This document shows positions 1-11,838 of a stretch of 63,454 nt of DNA, one piece after another. The stretch comes from Chiloscyllium plagiosum. Lineage: Eukaryota. The DNA lies in contig NC_057718.1 in the NCBI RefSeq assembly GCF_004010195.1, positions 85,433,625 through 85,497,078 of the forward strand. Reading direction: 5' to 3'. How positions within the stretch are numbered: position 1 is the first letter of the stretch; each line of letters opens with the position of its first letter. The position numbers were made by a program, and so were the translations under genes. The notes under the pieces are model-generated. The model was not told the DNA's origin. It was given only the letters and a program-made list of their open reading frames with translations, and ran no database searches.

Positions 1-1479
1 CCAAAAATAGGACCAAGTATGCTAACTTCAGCAACAATACAATAGGCAGAAAAGTAAGAATCTCCATCTGCAAAAGCAGAGCAGACACAGCATTAAGATT
101 TCTGACTGCAGTAATAACACCAAAGAAACAGTGACTAGAATTTTCAACTGCAGTAACAAATCTATAGAAAGACATATCAGAAAGTCTGGCTGCTGGCCTG
201 AATAGTGATGCTCACATCCCATGAGTGAATAAAAAAACCCTCTAACTGTAACAATAACTTTATAAATATAAGAATTTGAGAGTGCAGTTATTATCCTAGT
301 GAAATAGGAATAAGAATCTGATTGAGATAATAATCCTAAAGAAACAATATGAACCAAGTATTGCAGTAATAATGTGATAAACAGCAGTATGAATCTGTGT
401 CTGAAGAAATTATGAACATCTGATGAGAGTCATACTCTATAGAAACAAGGGAACTATCTTGGGCTGCAATATTGATCGTATAACGGTTGGAGTAAAAAAC
501 CATTGCTGCATTAATAATTTGGTGGAAAATGGTGTATGAAGTTCTGAGTGCATAGAAGCAAGAGTCTGTAGTAATAGCACAATAAATCCAAGAGTGGGAA
601 AATGGATGAAATGAAACACATTGCAACAATAACCTTATTTGTAATAAGGATATCAAGACATAGGTCTACAATAATAATAGTTTAGAAGCTTGGGTAAATC
701 ATAAACACATTTTCTAAATCATTTAAACATAAGTAAGTGTGTATTTTGGAATTACTTTGAACATACCAACATCCTAGTTTTGTTTTAAATAATATAAGTA
801 TAAAGAAATTACCATTAAGTTTATAAAATGTTGTATTAAATAGTATATTTGTACTCTAATGGTTTGCTGAATTACTAAAATAAACCATAATGTAGGAGCC
901 TTTTTCTGAACCTGTTTTACAGAAAATAGAGGGTGCTAAATTCACCTCCTTATGAAATGCCATGGCAATTCTGAATTGATCCATCCTGTGCTGCCATATA
1001 CACAAACTGCAGAGTTTGAAATTACACAGGAGTGTGATCAGTCTGCTCTTAAAATGGGTGAGTTCTCTCTCAGTTCACTTGAAGAACCTCAGCCCAGTCA
1101 CTACTGTAGTAGATGATTTTAATAGATGCATTTCATATAAGTTAATGAGTAAGGATCAACTAAACTTTTTAAAAACTGCAGAGTTTTTTTTCGCTGCATT
1201 AAATTTCTGTGAATACTCATTGATTCATTGGCTTAGGGCAGTTCCCTACAATTCTAAAATAATGATGGGAAATGCCAGGAATTGGATAAGGTAGTATCTA
1301 TGCTGAGAGAAACACAATCATGCATTAAAAAAGTTAGAGAAGTACGTTATTAAGCTAATACAGGGACATGGACAGCATGGGACGTGCTGAACAAAACAGT
1401 TGGCTAGAAAGCAGAAGTTAAATGACAGGAGGATGATGCATGAGGCTAAGCCACAGAGAGTATAATGGGACTCTTCCAA

Positions 1480-2010
1480 GTTCAGTGGGTATTAGAGAAT
1501 ATTGTCTTTATTTCAAAGAGGATGGAATATAAAATTAGGGACAGTTTGTTAAAACTATCTCAGGCACTAGTCAGACCACACCTGGAATACTGTGAACAGA
1601 TTTGGTTCCATTAGCTAAAGAAAGACAAACCGGCCTTGAAGGCACTCCAGTGAAAGGTCACGAGGCTGATGCCAAGTATGGAGGGACTGTCTTATGAGGA
1701 GAGACTGGGTAAATTGTGCCTGTATTCATTGAAATATAGAAGAATGAAAGGCAAAACATACAAGATTCTTCAAGGACTTGACAGGGTAGATTTGGAAAGG
1801 TTGATTCCCCTTGAGAGAAAGGCTGGGTCATTAATTATATTCGAGGCTGAGATAGACAGATTTTTAGTCAGTAAAGGAATCGAGGGTTGTAGGTAAAAGG
1901 CAGGAAAGTGGAGTTGAGGATTATCAGATCGACCATGATCTCGTTGAATGATGGAGAAGACTTGATGGAATTAATGATCTACCTCTGTTCCCATGACTCA
2001 TGGTCTTAAC
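1480..2010 (+). mobile_element. CR1-type LINE 3' fragment
   Basis: ORF 1669-1896 (MEGLSYEERLGKLCLYSLKYRRM) resembles the CR1 ORF2 C-terminus; boundaries approximate. Confidence 0.8.
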
Positions 2011-2554
2011 TTCCTTTCAGAATGCTTAGATTGAACTTGTCTCCCCTCACTCTCAGGCTAAAAATTGATTAGTCCTGCTCATGATGCCTGGCCAGAAAAC
2101 AATAGAAATGCACCTTAAGGGTCTAGAGGCTGCTTTCCAATGCCGAGGTGACAAGAGAGGGTTCAGACAGATTGCAGCTCAGCAGCTGATGGATTGTTAC
2201 TGGATTTGTGGTCAGGGCCAGGTTTCCAGACCCAGGGCTGACAGACACGAAGAGCAAGACAAAGGTCACATGATACCTGGACATTGATGCTGGTGCAGGG
2301 TGCTGTCTCAGATGAGGAGGGCGTGTACTTCAAGTTTCCCTGCTGGGCTGTGGACCAAATGCCGGAAAGTCAGATTAAACTGGCTGGCTCATTTTCCAGC
2401 TGGTGCGAACGTGATAAGTATCCTCTGTCTGGGTGTGTTTATGGGATGTTGTGGGAATTAGAACAGTTCCTTAGTTAAGTTTATCTATCGAGTTGGTTGA
2501 ATTTTCTAATAGTTAAGTTATTCTAAATTCCATTTTCTTCTGTTCGTGTTTCAA

Positions 2555-5500
2555 TGGAATTTTAAAAAAATATATACTTTTATTGGAAAACAGATTTTTT
2601 AATGCTACAACAAATACAAAATACAATTCAAAACAATACAAAGAAAGAACACCAAAAAAATGTAAAAAACCCAAACCGCCCTCATGTACAAATGTATAAA
2701 TATGCATAAAATAAAACCCAACTAACTACTTAACTAAATAAATAATGATTAACAAACTAATAAATAATAATACAGCTCAGCCAAACAAAACACTTACTCT
2801 TGAATATCGAGAACATTAATTTTCACCTATTCATATGTTCACAGTTCCCCTCTCTGGATATTGGACTCGTAAAGCACAATCATTATGGCTATCTAAAAGC
2901 CCTTATTAGTGTGGCAGACAAATCTGTGTCCAGGTATCCCAAAAAGGGCCACCATGCCTTATAGAAGTTTTCAGTTTTGTGGTCTACCATTCTTGTAAGA
3001 AAATCCAAGGGGATATTCTCCATAACAATCTTCTGCCAACCCGACAGCCCCGGGGATTTTCGGATACCCAACCTAACAAGATATTCTTTGTAGAGCAGAA
3101 AGTGAGGATGTTGAAAAGTGTTTTCTTAAAGCGCACCTGCAGGGAACACACTGGGCAGGCCAAGAAGGGAGATTGGGTCCTTCTCCACCCTTACACCCAA
3201 AATACCCTCCATTGCCCCGCCACAACGCTCCAGTATGTTTGAAGCCTACCACTGGACCAGAGTCAATGGGTAAGAGTGCCCGTACTAACTTTACACTTGG
3301 GACATGTTGAAGATATCCCTGGTTTAAATTTTGACAAATGATCCGGAGCCAAATGGACCCTGTGGAGAATCTTCAACTGTAAAGCATGGGTCCGATTGCA
3401 AACTGATATCTTTCTTGCGTTTTCCCAAATATCGTCCCATGCCTCTGAGGAGACCTCAAAGCCTAACTCTCCCACACCCTGCAAAGTCGATCAAAATCAT
3501 CTGAGGGGCCGTGCCACAATTCATGATATAAAGTGCTGACAGAAAGTGTATTCTTAGCACTGAGCACCCTCCTCTCTATGTCGGATTTGTAGGGATCTGT
3601 TAAAGGTATAGATTTTTTAAAATTAAATCCGTAACTTGAAAAAATGAGAGAGGCCCCTGCTGGATAGCTCGTACGTCCGTGCTAAGTGATCAAAGGACAT
3701 CAAAGTGTCTTCCTCAAATAAGTCACTCATGCAAGACACACCCCGAGCTGCCCAATGTTTGAATCCTGAATCCATTAGTCCTGGTTGAAAACCCGGCATA
3801 CCCACTATCGTTTTAAGAAAAGGTGTTTTGCCAATATTGCCTTCCCTCTGCCGAATTGTCCTCCATGCTTTAACAGTATTGATAACTATTGGGTCAAGGC
3901 AATATTCCCTAACTGTCCTCATTTTGTTCAAAAACAGCAAGCTAGCAACGGGGCACCTTGCCTGAGAAGTCTCCATATCTAATCATATTGAAAGAGGGTC
4001 CCCACAAGCCCAGTCACTCACATAAGATAAAAGCGAGCTTAGTTGATAGTTTTTGATGACCAGAAGATCCACTCTCCACCGCTCTGTGAGGCAATTACAG
4101 TTTAGCTAATTTATTAAGGGGCTGCTTATGATGCCAAATCAAAGACCTGAACATGCTGTTCAGCCTTCTGAACATTTGCTTATCAAAAATCAGGGGAGCA
4201 TCCGTATAGGATACAAGAAACTGGGGAGAATATTCATCTTAATAAGTGCTATCCAACCTACCCATGAGACCGGTAACGCCTCCCATCTTTGAAAGTCTTG
4301 TTTGATTTTGTTGAATAATTGAACAAAATTAGCCTGAAACAACTGACCAAGAACTGGAGTGATGAATATGCCCAAATACATAAAACCCCTCTGGGACCAC
4401 TTAAATAGGAATCAAGATTTGCCCTCAAGACCTAGCACCTTCATAAGACCACCCATAGGCGTAGCCTCTGATTTTACAAAATTAATCTTCTACCCCGAAA
4501 AGGTGACAAACTGGCTGATTCATTGTATCAGGCGAGGCACTGAAACTGCTGGATTTGACAAAACAAATGAGTACATCGTCCTTGTACAACGAAATCTTAT
4601 GTAAATTTGACCCCACTCCTGGGGTTGATAGATTGGGATCCCCACGAATGGCCTCCGCCAATGGTTCAATCACCGATGTAAAAATCAGTGGTGAAAGGGG
4701 ACATCCCTGTTGGCTGCCCCTAAAAATGTTGAAATTACTTGATTGTACCCCATTGGTGATGACCACAGCGAGAGGGTCACTGTAGAGAACCTTTACCCAT
4801 CTTATAAAGGCTTCACCCAAGCCAAACTGCTCCAGAATAAAAAAAGGTACGGCCATTCAGCCCGGTCAAATGCCTTCTCCAATCCCTGTACAGACTGTTG
4901 TTGAGACGCTTGAGTTACGTTAAGCAGCCTCATAACATTATTGGAGGATCTGCGGCCCTTTATGAAGCCCATCTGGTCCTCTTTAAAATAAAAGGTAACA
5001 TAGTCTCCAACCTTAACGCAAGAGTCTTACAGAGGATTTTAAAGTCCACATTTAAAAGTGAAATGGGCCTGTAAGAAGCACAGTCCTCCGGAACCTTCCC
5101 TTTTTTAAGAATAAATGAAATATTGGCCTCTCTTAGAAATGGCAGGAGACGATCAATGTACCAGTCATTGAACATGTTGAGCATCAGGCCTGACAATATG
5201 TTTATACATTCCTTATAGAGTTCACTGGGAAATTCATCAGGACTGGGTGCCTTTCCACTCTGAAGCTGTTTCACAGCCTCCTGCACCTCTTCCTCTGATA
5301 AGGGGGCATTGACAAAAGACTCTTGTTTAGGGGTGACACCTGGGAGCTACATAAACTAAAACCACTACAAATCAACAAACCCACAAAGTTAAAAATCACA
5401 CAATTAAACCTGTTGGACTATAACCTGGTGTTGTGTGATTTTTAACTTTGTACACCCCAGTCCAACACCGGCATCTCCAAATCAAACCTACAAAGCTATC

Positions 5501-6146
5501 AAAGATTATATACAACAAAAAACAAAAGAAAGTCAACCAACATATAAAGCGCCAATGGCACTGAAAAGGGGATCCCAAAGGGGGCATTTACACATCCCAG
5601 AACCCAATTTCCCATCCCACTGCCAATACTGCAGCTAGGGCATTTAAATACCTGAACTGGGCATAAAGTGCCTGTAAGTAGGCATCTTGTCATCCCAACC
5701 ATTTTCTCCCCTCCTAGCTAGAGCTGCACCATAAACACAAGCTAAAAAGAAAGAAAATACACCATGAATTAACAATGTGAACAAAGAAATTTTGAAAAAA
5801 TGGTAAGTACACCACCCATCTTTTGGTATAACTTAACTTAGAAATGGAAAGTACACATTCCAACTGCCCCGAACGTAGTTTAGACCAGATTGTTACCAAT
5901 AAAAAAAGGAAAAGAAAGTCCCGACCAGACTTCGTGTCTTTTTTTAAAGACACACAAGAGACATATCCGGACAACACTATTTGTACATACTAAATTGTTC
6001 AGATTAAGTTAATTTGTCCACAAAGTCTCTCGCCTTCTTCGACGTGTCAAAGAGATATACAGATCCATCTAAGGTGATCTGAAGCACCACCGGATACTTC
6101 AGAGAGTACTGGATCCCAAGCTCCCTCAGTCTTCTCTTAACACCAT
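2555..6146 (-). mobile_element. L1-clade LINE, 3' portion: ORF1 C-terminus, spacer, disrupted ORF2, 3' UTR
   Basis: ORF1 end GVKRRLRELGIQYSLKYPVVLQITLDG...VDKLT* (stop 6004-6006). ORF2 fragments include GKAPSPDEFP, YRPISLLNVDFKIL, RGSQQGCPLSP, SLYKDD, YLGIFIT and the C-terminal CPKC-x7-H motif. The endonuclease region is absent. Confidence 0.92.
5389..5484. mobile_element. Short Penelope terminal-repeat fragment inside the L1 spacer
   Basis: Matches the termini at 12392 and 14965-15020, has an internal inverted repeat (ttaaaaatcacacaa / ttgtgtgatttttaa), and is flanked by aaacc(c/t)acaaag. Confidence 0.7.
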
Positions 6147-6584
6147 AATTTTCTTTTTATCTTTTGCCCTTTGACAAGTATTGCTTGTCCATTCCCGCAA
6201 CATCCTCCCCAACGGACTTTCAGGAGGAATGTTACCAGGGACTTTGTCTTCTTCCTTTACTCCGTGACAGCTACTCTGCCTACACCCCATTTCCCGGGGC
6301 CCTCGCCAGTCCCTCAGCGATTAAATACCCCTTTTCCCGGCCACCAAGGCAATACTTAAAAGCCAGGTTTCTTACCTTGGTCTGTGCACAGAGTTGCCTG
6401 GCCCCTTTTCGCCGTATTTTCTATCGACCTCCGATCACTGTCCAATTCAGATGTCTCTCTTGTGGGATCCGTACCAGTCGCCAAGGGAGCGGACCAAACC
6501 GGGACACGTACCGCTCCTCAATTGGGAACGGGACACGTCTTCCCAGTGTCCAAGGCCAGCCACTCCCCCCGGCGATGGAAGAAC
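6147..6584 (-). mobile_element. ERV leader (splice donor AAG|GTAAG near 6375) and gag N-terminus (ATG 6290)
   Basis: MGCRQSSCHGVKEEDKVPGNIPPESPLGRMLREWTSNTCQRAKDKKKI has the MGxxxS myristoylation consensus and the matrix-type IPPxSPLGxML motif. It is too short for the ORF track. Confidence 0.88.
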
Positions 6585-6601
6585 ATCCCGGACAGCCCCC
6601 A
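6585..6601 (-). promoter_or_regulatory. tRNA-Pro primer binding site
   Basis: TGGGGGCTGTCCGGGAT differs from the canonical Pro PBS TGGGGGCTCGTCCGGGAT by one deleted base. Confidence 0.9.
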
Positions 6602-6603
6602 AT

Positions 6604-6835
6604 TGTGAGAAACAAAGCTCACACACTTCAATAATTGCAGTCTGAGACAAAATCTGAATCAGTAGTGTCCTTTATTTTACTCTTGCAAGAGGGTGTGATG
6701 TCCAGTGTCTACAAGGCAAGGGACACACACACACCAAATTCAATTAATACACGATATTTATATAATTTGGTTTCTTTTTTTTTCATTGCACCTCCTCTGT
6801 TTACATCTTCCACTTCCCTAAGACCGGCACCCTTT
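6604..6835 (-). promoter_or_regulatory. Partial retroviral LTR (end of U3, R, U5)
   Basis: On the minus strand: CAAT near 6786, TATAAATA near 6755-6762, AATAAA at 6671-6676, and a terminal CA at 6605-6604 two bases before the PBS. Confidence 0.8.
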
Positions 6836-9595
6836 CCGTGACCAACACTAGATCATCCTTTTCTATTAATATTGCCTCATATTTCAAAATCCACGAGTCT
6901 GTCAACCATCGCCCAGCTTTTTGGTTTAGGATCGTTCTCACTTGGTGTGGGGTGTTTACTATTAGGGCTCTCCCAAATGTAAGCTTTCTGCTTTCCTCCA
7001 CCAACAGTGCAGTGGCAGCCACAGCCTGCACACACTCAGGCCATCCCCGGGATACTGGATCCAATAGCTTCGAAAGATATGCTACTGGCTGTTTCATTCC
7101 TCCCCACCTCTGGGTTAATACTCCCAAAGCCGCTCCCTTATCTACAGTGGCAAAGAGGTGGAAAGGTTTATCTAGGGAAGGTAAGGCTAACACGGGGGCA
7201 TGGAGCATATCTCTTTTGAGTTCCTCAACTAGTTTTTTTTCCTCATCATCCCAACTTAGACATTTTGGTTCCTCCTCTAATAGTTTGAGATATAATTTCT
7301 TAGTCTTCTGAGCATAGGAATCAATCCACAATCTGCAATATCCCGTTAGACCCAAAAATTTACGTAACTCCCGTTTAGTCCTGGGCAGCGGCATCCCCAC
7401 TATTCCCTCTATCCGTTCCGGGCTTATCTTTCACTTTCCCTCACTAACTAAATGCCCCAAGTATTTCACTTCTTGCTCCACATATTGTAGTTTGTTTTTA
7501 GATACTCGCAGTCCTTGTTGGCCCAGAAAATTCAAAAATTTGTTAGTGGCTTCTACTACTCTTTCTCCAATATTTGTTCTAACATCTGTCCAAATAAATT
7601 CGTGGATTCCGTAAACCCCTGGGGGAGCACAGTCCACCGGTATTGCTGTTTCCGTCCTGTCTTGGGGTCTTCCCATTCAAAGGCGAACAAATTCCTACTT
7701 TCCTCCGCCAAGGGACAAGCCCAAAAGGCATCCTTTAAATCTATCACACTCAACCATTTGTGGTCATGAGGGATTTTACTTAATAACGTATAGGGGTTTG
7801 GCACCACTGGGTGCCTGACCTATACTATCCGATTTAATGTTCTCAAATCGTGCACCAATTGATAAGTTCCATCAGATTTCCGCACTGGTGGAATTGGGGT
7901 ATTATAAGGAGACATACATGGCTCCAACAGTCCATCTCTAAACAGTCCTTCAATTACTGGCTGCAGTCCTCGTTTACCTTCTATGGAAATGGGATATTGT
8001 CGCTCACAGACAATGTCCCCTTTCCTTTCTAAACTTATTAAAAGGGGAGGGATCTATAGTTTTCCACGATTCCCTTCTCTAGCCCATACAATAGGGTCTA
8101 TCTTTCTCTCCACATCCTCTGTCAACATTGCCATTTGTACAACTAATTCTTTTTCCTGAATTCCAATCTCCAGTCCTAAGAGGATAATTAAGTCTCTCCC
8201 TAGTAAGTTATTTCCTATATCAGGGATATACAGCAGTTCCCCTGTGACCCTATCCTTAGGACCTTCTATCATCATAGGTTCAAATACTGGAACAGTAAAT
8301 CCTTCCCCTTTTACCACCGAAACAGTAATTGACCGTGTCGACATTTCTACTTTCTTTGGTTTAAAATTTAGCGATGACCGTGCTGCCCCCGTATCTACTA
8401 GGAAGACTACCTCTTCCCTATAGGGTCCCACCTTCAAGTTTATCAAGGGTCCCTGGTGGGCCCCCGAGGAACCCCTGACACCCCTATTCTTCATCAAAAT
8501 TCATAAGCGGAATTGCCGTTTCTTCCCTTTGTAGATCAGGACACTTCTGCTTAAAATGCCCTATCTTTCCACAATAATAGCATCCTGCCTGTGGAGACCT
8601 CCATCTCTGCCCCTGTCGCTCGAACCTTTTGTCAAATGCTCCCCCTTGTCCTCTCCCTCTCCCCCTTCCTCTCTGTCCGACATGCTGCCACCCGCCGCTC
8701 CGGTTGCTCAATATTGGTTCCATTCTTTTCTTAACTACCTCATCAACCGTAGCTACCATCATTTTCACCTTCTGTTTTTGTCTCTCATCCTCTCTCTTTA
8801 CAAACACTTTCTGTGCCTCTCTTAACAATTCATCTAATGGTATATTCAAAATAGACATTAACTCAGCCCAGGTATACAGACTGGGCCCCAAAAATTGATC
8901 AATTTGTTCAGACAACCCCACCGGATCCTCAGCCAGGACCTTCATTTCCTTTTTAAATGTTCTGACCTCCCCACTGGTGAGGGGGGCATTTACAAACCCA
9001 ATCCCAGGACCTTCATTTCCTTTTTAAATATTCTGACCTCCCCACTGGTGAGGGGGGGGACTTCCAAACCCAATCTCTTTGTCCCCTATTGGTACCTCCT
9101 GAAGGGGATAAGTCGTTACGTTCTTCCCTTTTTTTTTGTTTTTCCCCCTTAGGCTTTGATTGAGATCCTCCGGAGGCCTCCTCTACATCTACTGTAGTTT
9201 TCCTTTCTTTTGCTGAGGATTGAGGGTCAGGAACAACAACATCCCTGTCCACTGCCCCTTCGTCTTCCTCTTGTGAGTCATCTGTTTCCTGTCCCTGTCT
9301 GTCTGTCTCTCCTCCTCCCCCGTTTTCACCTAACCTGATTTTATGGTACGGGGGGGGGGGGCAAATAGCCAAGAGGATCCCGGGGACTGGGTGGGGCAGA
9401 GGGGGAATCCCTTGTCTTTACTACCATCATTCCCAAACTGCCCTTTCAACAGGATGCATAGTCCGCCTCCTCTTGACTAAAAGGTTGTTTTTTATTCACA
9501 TACAAATCTAAATACTGACAGACCCAATCCCCCTCCGAACCATACTTTTGCCAGAAGACAGCTGGACGAAGGATTGGGTCTTTGGACCATACTAA
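6836..9595 (-). mobile_element. Class I (gamma/epsilon-like) endogenous retrovirus: gag from mid-matrix, pro, partial pol
   Basis: WSKDPILRPAVFWQKYGS (MA-like); PPPY late domain; CYYCGKIGHFKQKC zinc knuckle; gag ends FDEE-TAG-GGG at 8484-8486; protease FLVDTGA; RT IDLKDAF and YRWTVLPQGF; thumb FLGLTGYCRLWI; connection PVAYLSKLLDPV. Confidence 0.95.
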
Positions 9596-10431
9596 GATCA
9601 CTGCCGCTGAGAAGTCCTGGAAGAACATGATTTTAGAGCTCTCGTAAACTTGGGCCTTTGGATCCTTCCCCTGGATTCTGGAAGCTCCCACGATTCTCTC
9701 CTTACTTTGATAGTAATGAAACCGCACCAAAGCAGGATGAGGACATTGATCCAGATCTGACCTCCGCGCCGTGACCCAGTGAGCCCTCTCCATCTTCGAG
9801 CCTCTCATTTCAGCTTCCAAGTTAAGGAATTTCAACAACCAGTCCTCAATAAATTCTGCAGGCTTCTCACCTTCCTTACCCTCTGGCAGACCAACGATCC
9901 GAATATTTTTTCTCTTGCCCCTGTTCTCGAGGTCATCAACCTGGTCAAGCAAATTACAGACTTGTGTCTCCAGGGCTTGGATCCTATCCTTGGAGGAATC
10001 GGTATTGGCTACCACAACTGTGACCCTGTGTTCTACCTCATCCGTCCTTTTCTCCAGGTCTCCCATCTGCAGTTCATGCTTCTGCAGCATGATAGAGATC
10101 GGGACCAGCTTCTCCTCTATCTGCTTGCCCAATATCTCGTGAGATTTCGTGAGCTCCTTTACCAGGACCTGGTAAGAAATCGATTCCGAGGATCCTGCTG
10201 CCTGGACCGCGGGCCCAGCCTCAGATGTACCTCCTCCCTTCTTCAGCATCCCTGGACGGTGAAAACCGAGGTAAGTTGCTCTCTGACAGTGTCCTGAGAC
10301 TCCATGACCTTTCCAGAGTCCCAAGATATCGCAGTGGCCTGAGTAGGGCGGGCTAGGACTTCATCCCACCTGCAATGCAGTGCAGAGCTCAGCAACGCAA
10401 TCTTCCCTCGGTCGCCACCATCTTGGATCCT
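9596..10431 (-). mobile_element. L1-clade LINE, 5' portion: 5' UTR and ORF1 coiled coil/RRM
   Basis: DDLENRGKRKNIRIVGLPEGKEG, MERAHW and KIMFFQDFSAAVI are typical L1 ORF1 segments. Likely ATG at 10249; GC-rich 5' end CAAGATGGTGGCG. Confidence 0.92.
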
Positions 10432-11019
10432 CTCAACTGCAGTGTTTAAATAAATTCTGACTTGCTTACAGCCGACTGGCTGCATCACACCTAGAATATC
10501 TACTTCATATCTGCCTTTATAATAAGAAAATGTTAGGGTCTAGGCTACCTTCTTAAAAAAAACTTGAGGCCTGGTCCATAACAGGGTTACTCAGGAGTGA
10601 GCCTATATTTAATACTATAACTTTTCCTGAGTGACTATTTACTTAGTTTCATCAGAACTTTGCAAATTTTCCAGTTTAAAAAAAGAGAGGGTTGGAGGGT
10701 TCCAAGCATAGGGCAGTTGCCCAGCAGAAAATTCAATTTCCCAGGTAAATCTTTCAAAGTCTGACTCAAAGAAAAGTCATCTATGAATATAGAAACAGAG
10801 CTAATATTTTGAGGCTGACACGATTTCTTCAGAACTCAAAGAAAAGTCGTATTAAACTTGAAATATTAACTGTGATTCTCTATCCACAAGAGCTGCCAGA
10901 CCTGCTGAGTTTTAGTAGCACTTGCAGTTTTTATTATGCACAGCTTAATTTTTGCAGTCAGGTCTGCACTTAAACTTTGGATTTATTCTGGACCTTGAAC
11001 GAACACAAGATCAGAAGGG

Positions 11020-11838
11020 AAAAGTGATGGAGTGGATGAGTCAGGGAACAACTTTGGATACAGAACTGGCTCAAAGGTAGAAGACCACTCAAAGGTGGTG
11101 GTTGTGGGTTGTTTTTCAGATTGGATGCCTGTGACCAGTGGAGTGCCACAAGGATCGGTGATGGGTCCTCTACTTTTTGTCATTGACATAAATGATTTGG
11201 ATGCGAGCGTTAGAGGTACAGTTAGTAATTTTGCAGATGACACCAAGATTGGAGGTGTAGTGGACAGCGAAGAGGGTTACCTCAGATTACAACAGGATCT
11301 TGACCAAATGGGCCAATGGGCTGAGAAGTGGCAGATGGAGTTTAATTCAGATAAATGTGAGGTGCTGCATTTTGGGAAAGCAAATCTTAGNNNNNNNNNN
11401 NNNNNNNNNNNNNNNNNNNNNNNNNNNNNNNNNNNNNNNNNNNNNNNNNNNNNNNNNNNNNNNNNNNNNNNNNNNNNNNNNNNNNNNNNNNNNNNNNNNN
11501 NNNNNNNNNNNNNNNNNNNNNNNNNNNNNNNNNNNNNNNNNNNNNNNNNNNNNNNNNNNNNNNNNNNNNNNNNNNNNNNNNNNNNNNNNNNNNNNNNNNN
11601 NNNNNNNNNNNNNNNNNNNNNNNNNNNNNNNNNNNNNNNNNNNNNNNNGTGGTGGAGGCTGGTACAATTGCAACATTTAAGAGGTATTTGGATGGGTATA
11701 TGAATAGGAAGGGTTTGGAGGGATATGGGTTGGGTGCCGGCAGGTGGGACTAGATTGGGTTGGGATATCTGGTTGGCACGGACGGGTTGGACTGAACGGT
11801 CTATTTCCATGCTGTACACCTCTATGACTCTATGACTC
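11020..11838 (+). mobile_element. CR1-type LINE 3' part (spans gap 11391-11648)
   Basis: SGVPQGSVMGPLLF...FADDTKIGG...WQMEFN; tail ctctatgactctatgact. Confidence 0.92.

Larger units (their letters stand above)
2085..10582 (+). mobile_element. Probable solo LTR split by the L1 insertion (pieces about 2085-2553 and 10432-10582)
   Basis: The left piece ends ...gttcgtgtttcaa. The right piece resumes ctcaactgcagtgtttAAATAAA and ends ...ggtccaTAACA, an LTR-like terminus. The 5' end is not resolved. Confidence 0.5.

Noticed and set aside
6164..6645. Plus-strand ORFs of 62-156 aa as an accessory viral gene
   Set aside because: They are antisense to the GC-rich ERV leader and gag start and show no recognisable domain.
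6801..8497. A replication-competent retrovirus
   Set aside because: YxDD, RNase H, integrase, env and most of capsid are absent, and the frames are broken.
11032..11819. Long ORFs crossing N runs (also 17050-17917 and 37115-38075)
   Set aside because: Their length comes from assembly gaps translated as X.
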